Source of the DNA: Myxococcota bacterium
Lineage (GTDB): Bacteria > Myxococcota_A > UBA9160 > JAFDDA01
NCBI GenBank assembly: GCA_965228475.1
Contig: OZ245817.1
Location: 4,512,001-4,576,000 of the forward strand
Reading direction: 5' to 3'
DNA: 64,000 nt
Under the pieces are notes generated by a model. It did not search any database, had not been told where the DNA came from, and saw only the letters and a list, made by a program, of their open reading frames with translations. The position numbers and the translations under genes were made by a program. This document shows positions 39,335 through 47,799 of this stretch, in pieces (within the stretch, counting starts at the first letter, position 1; each line of letters opens with the position of its first letter).

Positions 39335-40063
39335 GTGAGCAACGAAGAACGCGCCACTCCCGAGGGCGGTGCCGGAAGCGGCATCCGCGGGTTCGAGGCC
39401 CTCGAACTCGAACTGCTCCGCCGCCAGGCGGGCGGGGCGGCGCATACCTTGAACAACCTGTTCACGTCGCTGCTCGGCGAGGTCGCGCTGCTCGGCGACG
39501 AGTGCAAGGAGGACCCGGCGGTCCTCGACGCGGTGGCCTCCCTCCACGCCCAGCTCGAACGCTGCGTCCGCACGGTGCGCAACGGGCTTCCCGGGCGAGC
39601 GGCCGAGAGCCGCGAGGCGGAGGTCGACCTCGGCCTCCTGCTCTCCCACTGTCGGCGCGTCCTCGACGGAACGCTCTCGCGCTCGACCACGCTGCGCTGG
39701 AACGTTCCGGACGCATCGTGGGTCGTCCGCGGCGACCCGCAGCAGCTCGAGACGCTGATCCTCGCGCTCACCTTCCGCGCGTCGGACCTGGTGCCCGGCG
39801 GCCCGGCCGAAGTCGCCGTCTCTCTGGCGGATGGCCCCGGCCCGAACCAGCTCTCGCTCCACCTCGACGTCGAGGCCCCGGAGCTTCCGCGCGATGCCCG
39901 CCAGCGCCTGGTCGACCCCGCCCTCGCCGGCGCCCGGGCCGATGCCGAGGCCCTGCGCGCCCTGCACGCCATCGCCGATGGGCACGGAACCCATCTCGGG
40001 ACCGAGCGGACCGGCCCCGAATCGCTCCGGCTTTCCCTTCCGTTCGAACGCCTCGACGCCTAG
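39335..40063 (+). CDS. histidine-kinase-like protein with intact H-box and degenerate ATPase domain
   Basis: AGGAAHTLNNLFTSLLG H-box; VRGDPQQLETLILALTFRA lacks the N-box Asn; no DxGxG or GxGLG boxes. Confidence 0.7.
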   Translation: MSNEERATPEGGAGSGIRGFEALELELLRRQAGGAAHTLNNLFTSLLGEVALLGDECKEDPAVLDAVASLHAQLERCVRTVRNGLPGRAAESREAEVDLGLLLSHCRRVLDGTLSRSTTLRWNVPDASWVVRGDPQQLETLILALTFRASDLVPGGPAEVAVSLADGPGPNQLSLHLDVEAPELPRDARQRLVDPALAGARADAEALRALHAIADGHGTHLGTERTGPESLRLSLPFERLDA

Positions 40064-40070
40064 CCGCCCT

Positions 40071-40376
40071 TCAATCGCCCCGCAGATGTTCCTCGACGAC
40101 GCGGACCTTCTCGGCGGCGCTCGCCACCCGATCGCGGCGTTCGTCGATCTTGATGACGGTCGAAACGCGCGGCGCACCGGCGGCGAAGACCGCCTCCTGC
40201 ATCCGCTCGATCAGCGCGAACACGGCGGGTAGCTCCCCTTCGAGCGTCGTGAACATCGCGCCGAGTTCGACGGCGACCTCGTCCTGCTCCCGAGCGACGC
40301 GCAGCGCCTCGGCGACGTGGCGCCCGACGCTCGCTCCCTCTCCGATCGGCGCGATGCTCACTGCCACGATGGCCAT
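40071..40376 (-). CDS. MTH1187 family thiamine-binding protein
   Basis: VAVSIAPIGEGASV..YV-like, LGAMFTTLEGE, GAPRVSTVIKIDERRD; GGAGAGG SD. Confidence 0.9.
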   Translation of the reverse strand: MAIVAVSIAPIGEGASVGRHVAEALRVAREQDEVAVELGAMFTTLEGELPAVFALIERMQEAVFAAGAPRVSTVIKIDERRDRVASAAEKVRVVEEHLRGD

Positions 40377-41923
40377 GGATCCTCTCCTTCCCTCCCCTTC
40401 GGCGGCGGCGCCGGACGCACTGCGTCCGGGTCCCGCACGGCGGCGGCGAGCTCCGCGTAGCTGCGCCCGAGCCGCGGATGCAGGCGGTCCCCCGCCAGCT
40501 CGGCCAGCGGCTCGAGGACGAACGGCCGCTCGTGCAGACGCGGATGCGGCAGCTCGAGGGACGCCTCCGCGAGAATGCGCCCTCCGTGATCGAGCAGGTC
40601 GACGTCGAGCGTCCTCGCCGCATTGCGGTCCGGGCCCCGCTCGCGGCCCCGCTCGCGCTCGATCGCGAGGGCACGCGCGAGCAGCTGCGCCGGTTCGAGG
40701 CTGGTCCGGACGTGGACGGCGGCGTTCAGGTAGGGCTCCTGCGGCGGCGGACCGACCGGATCCGTCTCGTACAGATGCGAGCACGCCACCACTTCGATGC
40801 CCGGGGTCGCCTCGAGGGCGCGCACCGCCGCAGCCAGGTGCGCGCGGCGATTCCCGAGGTTGCTGCCGAGCGCGAGGAAGGCCTCGGAGGCCGCGTCGCC
40901 GAAGGCCCCATGGACCGGCGCGCCGGTCGCCGTGGCGCGGGTGAAGGGCACGACCCCGGCGAGCTCCGCTTCGCGAACGGCGCACGCGGGCATCGCGCAG
41001 CGGCTGCACATCACCGCGCGGCACGGGTCGAAGTGGACGATCCCTTCGCTCGCGCGCCCCGCCGCCTCGCGAACCGCCCACTGCACGCGGGCATCGATGC
41101 CGTGCAGCCGCTCGGCGTCGAAGTAGCGCGGGACGGTCAGGTGCAGATCCGTGTGGACGAAGTCTCCCGAGCGCCACGCCCGGAGCGAGTGCACGTCGAT
41201 CCAGCTCGGCTCGCGCGCGTCGTCCAGGGCGGCGACGATCCCGTCGAGCAGCGGGTCGTCGGCCTCGTCCATCAAGCCACCGATCGCCTCGCGCACCAGC
41301 GCGTAGCCCGTTGCGAAGACGTGGGCCGCAACGCACAGGGCGACGACCGGGTCGAGCCACAGCCAGCCCGTGACCCACACGGCGAGCAGGCCGCCGATCA
41401 CGCCCGCGCTCGTGTAGACGTCGGCGAGTACGTGCTTGCCGTCGGCTTCGAGCGCGAGGGAGCCCGTGCGGCGGCCGGTGCGCACGAGGTGCCATCCGAG
41501 CGCGCCGTTCGCGATGGCTGCCAGCGAGAGCAGTGCGAGGCCGGTGTCGAGCCTCGCCACCTCCGGGCCCGCCAGGAGTTCGCCCAGGGCTTCCCAGAGG
41601 ATCGCCGCGCCGGCGACGGCCACGAGCGCACCCTCAACGCCCGCCGAGAAGAACTCGACCTTGCCGTGGCCGTAGGGGTGATTCGGGTCCGGCGGCCGCG
41701 CCGCCACGCGCAGGCTGAAGAGGAGCATCCCCGCCGCGGCGACGTTCACGAGGGATTCGACGGCGTCCGAGAAGACGGCGGCCGAACCGGTGATGCCCGT
41801 GGCGACGAACTTCGCGCCGCAGATGGCGATGCCGGCGAACAGGGCCAACCGGCCCGCCGCGAGCCGCTCTGCATCCCGCCCGCCCGTGGCTTCGCCCTCG
41901 CCGGGCTCCTTCCGCGACCTCAT
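40358..41923 (-). CDS. folK: fusion: cation diffusion facilitator transporter + HPPK (FolK)
   Basis: CDF motifs SDAVESLVN, PPDPNHPYGHGKVE, ADGKHVLAD, LDP, HFDPC. Continues in frame into LALGSNLG, LYETDPVG, YLNAA, ARTLDVDLL, LPHPRLHERPFVLEPLAEL. Confidence 0.88.
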   Translation of the reverse strand: MRSRKEPGEGEATGGRDAERLAAGRLALFAGIAICGAKFVATGITGSAAVFSDAVESLVNVAAAGMLLFSLRVAARPPDPNHPYGHGKVEFFSAGVEGALVAVAGAAILWEALGELLAGPEVARLDTGLALLSLAAIANGALGWHLVRTGRRTGSLALEADGKHVLADVYTSAGVIGGLLAVWVTGWLWLDPVVALCVAAHVFATGYALVREAIGGLMDEADDPLLDGIVAALDDAREPSWIDVHSLRAWRSGDFVHTDLHLTVPRYFDAERLHGIDARVQWAVREAAGRASEGIVHFDPCRAVMCSRCAMPACAVREAELAGVVPFTRATATGAPVHGAFGDAASEAFLALGSNLGNRRAHLAAAVRALEATPGIEVVACSHLYETDPVGPPPQEPYLNAAVHVRTSLEPAQLLARALAIERERGRERGPDRNAARTLDVDLLDHGGRILAEASLELPHPRLHERPFVLEPLAELAGDRLHPRLGRSYAELAAAVRDPDAVRPAPPPKGREGEDPWPSWQ

Positions 41924-41945
41924 CGCGTGAAGCTACTATCCGGCG
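41924..41945. promoter_or_regulatory. bidirectional leaderless promoter (overlapping -10 boxes)
   Basis: Plus strand TACTAT (41934-41939)-6nt-GTG; minus strand TAGCTT (41930-41935)-6nt-ATG; no SD for either gene. Confidence 0.6.
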
Positions 41946-43220
41946 GTGTCCGACGTCACCCTGCTCCCCGAGATCGTGACCGGCATCCCCGGCCCCCGCT
42001 CGCGCGAACTCGCGAAGCGACTCGCGGCGGTGGAGAGCCGGAACGTCACGTGCCTCACGCCCGGCGCGCCGATCTTCTGGGAGCGGGCCTCCGGCGCGAA
42101 CGTCGTGGACGTCGACGGAAACCGCTTCGTGGATCTCGGCGGCGGCTTCGGCGTGGCGAACGTCGGCCACGGACACCCGCGCGTCGCCGGGGCCGTGGCG
42201 CGGCAGGCCGAGACGCTTCTTCACGGCATGGGCGACGTCCACCCTTCCGCCGTGAAGGTGGATCTGCTCGAGGCCCTCACCGCGCGCTTCCCGGGCGGCG
42301 AACCCGCCCGCGCCGTGCTCACGAGCTCCGGCTCCGACGCCGTCGAGACCGCGTTGAAGACGGCGCTGCTCGCGACGGGGAACCCGGGCGTCGTGGCCTT
42401 CGACGGCGGCTACCACGGCCTCTCGCTCGGCGCCCTCGACGCGACCGCGCGCGAGGACTTCCGCGCCCCGTTCATCGACCGGCTGCCGGGTGCCACGGTC
42501 TTCGCCCGCTACGGAGACGCCGACGACGCCGCGCGAGCCGCCCGCGCGGCCGGCGTCGCGATCGGAGCCGTGCTGGTCGAACCGGTCCAGGGCCGGGGCG
42601 GCGAGCGCGTTCCCCCCGAAGGATTCCTGCGCGCCCTGCGCGCGCTCTGCGACCAGAACGGTTGGCTCCTCATCGTCGACGAGGTCTACACCGGCTTCGG
42701 CCGGACCGGACGCTGGTTCGCCTGCGAGCACGAAGACGTCGTGCCGGACCTCCTCTGCCTCGGCAAGGGCCTCGCTTCGGGCATGCCGCTCTCGGCCTGC
42801 ATGGGCCCGGCCCGCGTGATGGACGCCTGGCCCCTTTCCGAAGGCGAAGCGCTCCACACCCAGACCTACCTCGGGCACCCGCCGGGCTGCGCCGCCGCCC
42901 TCGCATCGCTCGCGGTGCTCGAGGAAGAGCGCCTCGTCGAGCGCTCGGCGCGGCTCGGGGCGGAGGCGCTCGCGGCACTCGAACGCGACACCCGCGGTGT
43001 CTCGAACGTGCACGAGGTCCGCGGCCTCGGGCTGATGATCGGCATCGAGTGTGCTTCGCCGGAAGTGGCGCTGGCGGCGGTCACGCGCTGCCTCGAGGCC
43101 GGCGTGATCCTCCTGCCCTCGGGCGAGGACGGCCGGGTGCTCTCCATCACGCCGCCGCTCTCGATCGGCGAGGAGGCGCTCCGCTTCGCGCTCGGCGTGC
43201 TGGTCGGGAGCCTCTCGTGA
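41946..43220 (+). CDS. class III (omega-type) PLP aminotransferase
   Basis: PGPRS, DVDGNRFVD, VGHGHP, SGSDAVE, GGYHG, VEPVQGRGG, DEVYTGFGRTG, LGKGLASGMP. Confidence 0.92.
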   Translation: MSDVTLLPEIVTGIPGPRSRELAKRLAAVESRNVTCLTPGAPIFWERASGANVVDVDGNRFVDLGGGFGVANVGHGHPRVAGAVARQAETLLHGMGDVHPSAVKVDLLEALTARFPGGEPARAVLTSSGSDAVETALKTALLATGNPGVVAFDGGYHGLSLGALDATAREDFRAPFIDRLPGATVFARYGDADDAARAARAAGVAIGAVLVEPVQGRGGERVPPEGFLRALRALCDQNGWLLIVDEVYTGFGRTGRWFACEHEDVVPDLLCLGKGLASGMPLSACMGPARVMDAWPLSEGEALHTQTYLGHPPGCAAALASLAVLEEERLVERSARLGAEALAALERDTRGVSNVHEVRGLGLMIGIECASPEVALAAVTRCLEAGVILLPSGEDGRVLSITPPLSIGEEALRFALGVLVGSLS

Positions 43221-44347
43221 ACGGCGACCCGGCACGCCGCGCGATCGACTCCGCGATCTGTGCGTGGATGCGGGAGCCCGGCGCCCTCGACGCCTCCGCC
43301 GAAGCGACCGAAGCCCGCTTCGAGGCGCTCGCCCTCGAACTCTTCGCCTTCCAGTACGCGCACTGCGAACCCTACCGGCGCTTCTGCGACGGCCGGAAGC
43401 GAACGCCCGAGAGCGTCCGTGGCTGGCGCCAGATTCCGCCGGTCCCGACCGGCGCCTTCAAGGAGATGGCGCTGCGCTCCTTCCCGGCAGCGCGGGAGCG
43501 GCACGTCTTCCGGACGAGCGGAACCAGCACCGAGGCGCGCGGCACGCTGCACCTCGACACGCTCGAACTCTACGAGGCCTCCCTGCTCGCGAGCTTCCGG
43601 GCGGGCCTCCTTCCGGATCTCGAGAGCCGGGCGATCGCCCTCCCCGTCCTCGCCCCGAGCGCCGAAGCCGCGCCGGATTCCTCGCTCTCCCACATGTTCG
43701 CGACGGTCCTGCGCGAGCTGCCCCTGGCCGGCGGCGGCTTCTTCCTTCCCGAGGGAGACGGGGCGGACGGGTCGAGCTGGGATGCCCCGCTCGCGCGCCT
43801 CCGCGGATTCGCGGAGGGCGGCGACGCGGTCGCGCTCTGCGGTACGGCCTTCGCCTTCGTCCACGCGACCGACGCCCTCGCCGAGCGCGGCGAAGCGATC
43901 CCCCTCCCGGACGGCTCTCGCGTGATGGAAACCGGCGGCTTCAAGGGCCGCTCGCGGGAGGTCCCGCGCGAGGAACTCCACGCCTCGATCACGCGGGCGT
44001 TCGGCGTCCCCGGCGAGCGGATCGTGAACCAGTACGGCATGACCGAGCTCGGCAGCCAGTTCTACGATTCCGTCCTGCGCCGGCCCGGCGAGCCCCGCCG
44101 CAAGCTCGCCCCCCCGTGGACGCGCGTGCGTCTCGTCGACCCGGCGACGGGCGAGGACGCCCCTGACGGCGCGCCCGGGGCGATCGTGCTCTACGACCTC
44201 GCGAACACGGGAAGCGTCTTCGCCCTGCAGACCGCGGACCTCGGCCGGAGCGTCGACGACGGCTTCGAGGTGATCGGACGAGAGCCAGGCGCCGAAGCGC
44301 GCGGCTGTTCCATCGCCGCGGATGCGATGCTCGCCGGCGCGCGATGA
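43217..44347 (+). CDS. luxE: LuxE-like acyl-protein synthetase
   Basis: GTG overlaps the upstream stop; FAFQY, IPPVP..FK, FRTSGTS, METGGFKGR, YGMTELGSQ, DLAN, QTADLG, GR..AEARGCS (acylated Cys). Confidence 0.85.
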   Translation: MNGDPARRAIDSAICAWMREPGALDASAEATEARFEALALELFAFQYAHCEPYRRFCDGRKRTPESVRGWRQIPPVPTGAFKEMALRSFPAARERHVFRTSGTSTEARGTLHLDTLELYEASLLASFRAGLLPDLESRAIALPVLAPSAEAAPDSSLSHMFATVLRELPLAGGGFFLPEGDGADGSSWDAPLARLRGFAEGGDAVALCGTAFAFVHATDALAERGEAIPLPDGSRVMETGGFKGRSREVPREELHASITRAFGVPGERIVNQYGMTELGSQFYDSVLRRPGEPRRKLAPPWTRVRLVDPATGEDAPDGAPGAIVLYDLANTGSVFALQTADLGRSVDDGFEVIGREPGAEARGCSIAADAMLAGAR

Positions 44348-45537
44348 TCGCGAACCTGAGAGCGACGGGCGCCGCCCTCGGCGCCCTCACCCCCGAGGAG
44401 GTCACCGCCGGCCTCGGCCGGTTGCTCGACGCGTGGTCGCGCCCGGACTCGGCGGAGCGGAGGGAGCTCGCCGGCGCGCTGCCCGATACGTCGGGCCTTT
44501 CTTCGGCGACCGTCGCCGCCGGCCTCGACCGCGCGCTCGCGGGCTGGAACGCGGCCGCGCTCGAGCGCCTCGTCGAAGCGGAACTCGGGCAGCTGCCGAG
44601 CGAGCCGCTCCCGGGCATCACCACCGTCGTGCACGGCGGCGTGATCCCGATGCCCGCCCTCGTCGATCTCCTCGCACCGCTCCTGCTACGCGGTGCCGTC
44701 CTCGCGCGCCCGGGTCGGCACGATCCAATCACGCCCAGCCTCTTCCGGCGCAGCCTCGAAACCCACGCGCCCGCCCTCGCCGGGGCCATCGGCGTCGCGA
44801 GCTTCGGCCGGGAAGACGAAGGCGCCTGGCGGGAAGCTCTCTCGGCGGAGCGGGTCTGCATCACCGGCGGCGACGCGGCGGTCGCGGCGGTGAGGGAGAA
44901 GCTCGGCCCCGGGACGCGGCTCGTCGCCCACGGCGACAAGTTCTCCCTCGCCGTGCTCGGCCCCGACGCCGCGGACCTCGAGGCCGCCGCCCGCGCCCTC
45001 GCCGAAGACGTCGCGCTCTGGGACCAGCTTGGGTGCCTCTCGCCGGTCGCCTGCTGGGTGATCGGCGCGCCGGACCGGAGCCAGGCCTTCGCAGCCTGCC
45101 TCTCCGCCGCCCTCGGCGGACGCGAACGCGCATGGCCCCGCGGTGCGGTCGACCCCGCCTCCCGCGCGGCCATCGCCCACGAACGCGCGGAAGCGGAGAT
45201 GCGCGCCGCCGCGGGCCGCGCCGTCGCCCTCCACGCCGAGGACGCCTTCACCGTCGTCGCCGAAGCGGACGCCGCCCCGCGCCCGGCGCCCCTGCACCGC
45301 TTCGTGCGTGTGCACCCGAGCGCAACCCTCGCCGAGACGCAGGAAGCACTCGCGCCCCTTGCGGACCGCGTCGCCGGAATCGCACAGCTGGGGTTCGGCG
45401 ACCCTGAGCAGTTCGAGCAGTTCGCCGCCGCGCTCGGCGCCACGTGGACGGCGCCCTTCGGCCGCCTCCAGGCCCCGCCGCTCCACTGGGCCCGCGACGG
45501 CCTCGGCCCCCTGCGCGCGCTCCTGACGGACCGCTAG
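44344..45537 (+). CDS. luxC: LuxC-like acyl-CoA/acyl-protein reductase
   Basis: ATGA overlap; TGGDAAV, HGDKFS, ALAEDVALWDQLGCLSP (catalytic Cys), GRLQAPPLHWARDG. Confidence 0.82.
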   Translation: MIANLRATGAALGALTPEEVTAGLGRLLDAWSRPDSAERRELAGALPDTSGLSSATVAAGLDRALAGWNAAALERLVEAELGQLPSEPLPGITTVVHGGVIPMPALVDLLAPLLLRGAVLARPGRHDPITPSLFRRSLETHAPALAGAIGVASFGREDEGAWREALSAERVCITGGDAAVAAVREKLGPGTRLVAHGDKFSLAVLGPDAADLEAAARALAEDVALWDQLGCLSPVACWVIGAPDRSQAFAACLSAALGGRERAWPRGAVDPASRAAIAHERAEAEMRAAAGRAVALHAEDAFTVVAEADAAPRPAPLHRFVRVHPSATLAETQEALAPLADRVAGIAQLGFGDPEQFEQFAAALGATWTAPFGRLQAPPLHWARDGLGPLRALLTDR

Positions 45538-45551
45538 CGGAGCCTCGGCGC

Positions 45552-46349
45552 CTACTCCGGGTCTTGGAAGTTCGGCGTGCGCTTGGCGAAGTTCGCCTGG
45601 ACGGCCTCGATCTGATTGGGCGACCCGAGCAGGCCGCGCTGGGCCTTTTCCTCGAGCAGCAGGCCGTCTTCCGTCGTGGCGCGGACGGACTGGTCGAGCA
45701 GCGCCTTGCCGGCGCGAATGGCATCGGGCGACTTGCTCGCGATCTCCTTGGCGAGGGTCATGGCCTCGGCGTGGGGATCGTCCGCGGTGCGCGTGGCGAG
45801 GCCGAGCGTCACCGCCTCGGTTCCGGGAACGCGCCGACCCGTGAAGGTCAGCTCCTTCGCCACGTCGAGCGGCACGAGATCCCGCAGGAGCTGGGTCCCC
45901 GCCATGTCCGGGACGAGGCCCCAGCGGATCTCCATGACGGAGAACTGCGCGTCGGGGGCGACGATCCGCAGGTCCGCGCCCATGGCGATCTGGAAACCGC
46001 CGCCGAAGGCGTAGCCGTGGACGGCCGCGATGACCGGGACCGGGATCTCCCGCCAGATCCACGCCGCGCGCTGGGCGATGTTCGCCGGGCTCTCCTCGAC
46101 GCGCTCGAACAGGTTCACGGCGGTCTCGCCGCCCTGGAAACTCGGGAAGTCGAGGCCGGCGCAGAAGGCGCGGCCCTCCCCGGAGAGCACCACGGCGCGG
46201 ACCGAGCGGTCCGCCGCCAGCTCGCGCCCGGTTGCGATCAGGGCCTCGAACATCGCCCCGTCGAGGGCGTTCAGCTTGTCGGTGCGCACCATGCGGACGT
46301 CGGCGACGCCCCCGGAGACCGCGACGGAAACGCGCTGGGAGTCGGACAT
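45552..46349 (-). CDS. enoyl-CoA hydratase/crotonase family protein
   Basis: KLNAL, FCAGLD, GGGFQIAMGAD, EIRWGLVPDMAG; GGAGG SD. Confidence 0.93.
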   Translation of the reverse strand: MSDSQRVSVAVSGGVADVRMVRTDKLNALDGAMFEALIATGRELAADRSVRAVVLSGEGRAFCAGLDFPSFQGGETAVNLFERVEESPANIAQRAAWIWREIPVPVIAAVHGYAFGGGFQIAMGADLRIVAPDAQFSVMEIRWGLVPDMAGTQLLRDLVPLDVAKELTFTGRRVPGTEAVTLGLATRTADDPHAEAMTLAKEIASKSPDAIRAGKALLDQSVRATTEDGLLLEEKAQRGLLGSPNQIEAVQANFAKRTPNFQDPE

Positions 46350-46378
46350 CGGAACCTCCGCTTTCGGTGGAGCTGGCT

Positions 46379-47020
46379 CTAGTCTTCCTGGCCGGGGTAG
46401 GCGAGCAGCGCCAGGTGGCGCGCGCGCTTGATCGCCAGGCAGACTTCGCGCTGCTGCTTCGCGGTGTTACCCGAGATGCGGCGCGGGACGATCTTGCCCG
46501 TCTCCGTCAGGAAGTAACGCAGGGTCTTCGGGTCGCGGTAGTCGACCTCGAGCGTCTGGTCCGTCGTGAGACGGGAAACCTTGCCGCGAACGACCGCCTG
46601 ACCCGAGCGCGCCTTCTGCTTCTGCAGGCGCCGGGCCTTCTTGCGGGCCTTGGCGCGCAGCCGGCCCTTGACCGTCTGGGGTGCGCGGGGCCGATCGCCG
46701 CGGTCGCCCGGACGTCCACGTCCGCCGCCGCGCGGGCCGTCGCCGCGGAAGCCGCCGCCGCCGCCGCCGGGACCGTCGCTGCGGAAACCACCGGGGCCGT
46801 CGCCGCCGCCGCGCGGGCCGCTCGGGGGTCCATCGCCACCGCCGCGGGGGCCACTCGGGGGGCCGTCACCGCCGCCACGCGGGCCGCTCGGGGGCCCGTC
46901 GCCGCCACCGCGGGGGCCGCTCGGAGGTCCACCGGCCGGACCGCTCGGCGGACCGCCAGCGCCGCGCGGGCCTGCGGGGGGAGTGGGGCGCGATTCGTCG
47001 CCGGAGTTCTCTTCGGACAT
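46379..47020 (-). CDS. rpsR: 30S ribosomal protein S18 with long Gly/Pro/Arg-rich N-terminal extension
   Basis: [55 protein letters not shown] before MSEENSG. Confidence 0.92.
   Translation of the reverse strand: MSEENSGDESRPTPPAGPRGAGGPPSGPAGGPPSGPRGGGDGPPSGPRGGGDGPPSGPRGGGDGPPSGPRGGGDGPGGFRSDGPGGGGGGFRGDGPRGGGRGRPGDRGDRPRAPQTVKGRLRAKARKKARRLQKQKARSGQAVVRGKVSRLTTDQTLEVDYRDPKTLRYFLTETGKIVPRRISGNTAKQQREVCLAIKRARHLALLAYPGQED
46795..46930 (-). repeat. 33-bp coding tandem repeat, ([11 protein letters not shown])x4, in rpsR
   Basis: Four identical peptide copies with differing synonymous codons. Confidence 0.85.
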
Positions 47021-47088
47021 GGTCGTTCTCCTGCGCCACCCGCCCGCGCGTTGCGCGCGGACCTGGTTTGGGGATGGCGAGCGGCGGC

Positions 47089-47117
47089 AGGGTAAGGGAG
47101 CCGGACCGCGGGCGCAA
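47089..47117 (-). promoter_or_regulatory. putative sigma70 promoter for rpsR
   Basis: Minus strand TTGCGC-17nt-TACCCT. Confidence 0.5.
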
Positions 47118-47195
47118 AGGGCCGGGAAGGGCCCGGGCACTCGAGGGGCAACACATCGTTTCCAAAAGGCTTTCGCCGAGTGACGCACGCCCCGA

Positions 47196-47222
47196 CATAG
47201 GGTACTCTGCAGGTCCTGTATG
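47196..47222. promoter_or_regulatory. probable Rrf2/SufR operator upstream of the suf operon
   Basis: Imperfect palindrome CATAGGGTAC-N7-GTCCTGTATG about 70 nt upstream of the Rrf2 gene. Confidence 0.5.
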
Positions 47223-47289
47223 AAGCGGGACCGCCACGGTCCCCTATCCCAGACGCTCTCTTCCGCGAGAGGCCCCGGAGGCCCGAGCC

Positions 47290-47799
47290 ATGCTCCGCAT
47301 CAGCAAGATCACCGACTACGGCATCGTCTTGCTGACCGAGCTGGCGCGCGCGGAAGCCGGCACGTTGCACGCCGCGCGCGAACTCGCGGAGACCGCGCAG
47401 CTTCCGCTCCCGGTGGCGAGCAAGACGCTGAAGGCGCTCACGCGGCGCGGCCTGCTCGCATCGCACCGCGGCGCCAAGGGCGGCTTCCGGCTCTCGCGCG
47501 CGCCGGAGGAGATCTCCGTCGCCGAAGTGATCGACGCCCTCGAAGGCCCGGTGGCCATGACCGAGTGCAGCGTCGCCGTCGGCGAGTGCCAGCGCGAATC
47601 CATCTGCGGCGTGCGCGAGCCGTGGCAGCAGATCAACTCGGCGATCCTGAGCACGCTCGAGGGCGTGACGCTGCGCGACCTGATCGTCGGACCCCGCTCT
47701 CCGATCCAACTCGAACCTTCGACGCTCGAGCGCAGCGCGGACGAATCGCTCCCGCGCAGCGCCAGCGCATCCGGCCCCACCGAGAGGAACCATGTCTGA
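47290..47799 (+). CDS. Rrf2-family SUF Fe-S cluster assembly regulator
   Basis: [28 protein letters not shown]-x6-C-x5-C. Confidence 0.9.
   Translation: MLRISKITDYGIVLLTELARAEAGTLHAARELAETAQLPLPVASKTLKALTRRGLLASHRGAKGGFRLSRAPEEISVAEVIDALEGPVAMTECSVAVGECQRESICGVREPWQQINSAILSTLEGVTLRDLIVGPRSPIQLEPSTLERSADESLPRSASASGPTERNHV

Noticed and set aside
31284..45537. Bioluminescence (luxE/luxC plus a luciferase-like gene)
   Set aside because: The LLM gene is 11 kb away and has F420-dependent family motifs rather than LuxA/B; no luxD or luxG
46795..46930. 33-bp repeats as a CRISPR array
   Set aside because: No spacers, in-frame coding repeat with synonymous variation, no cas genes
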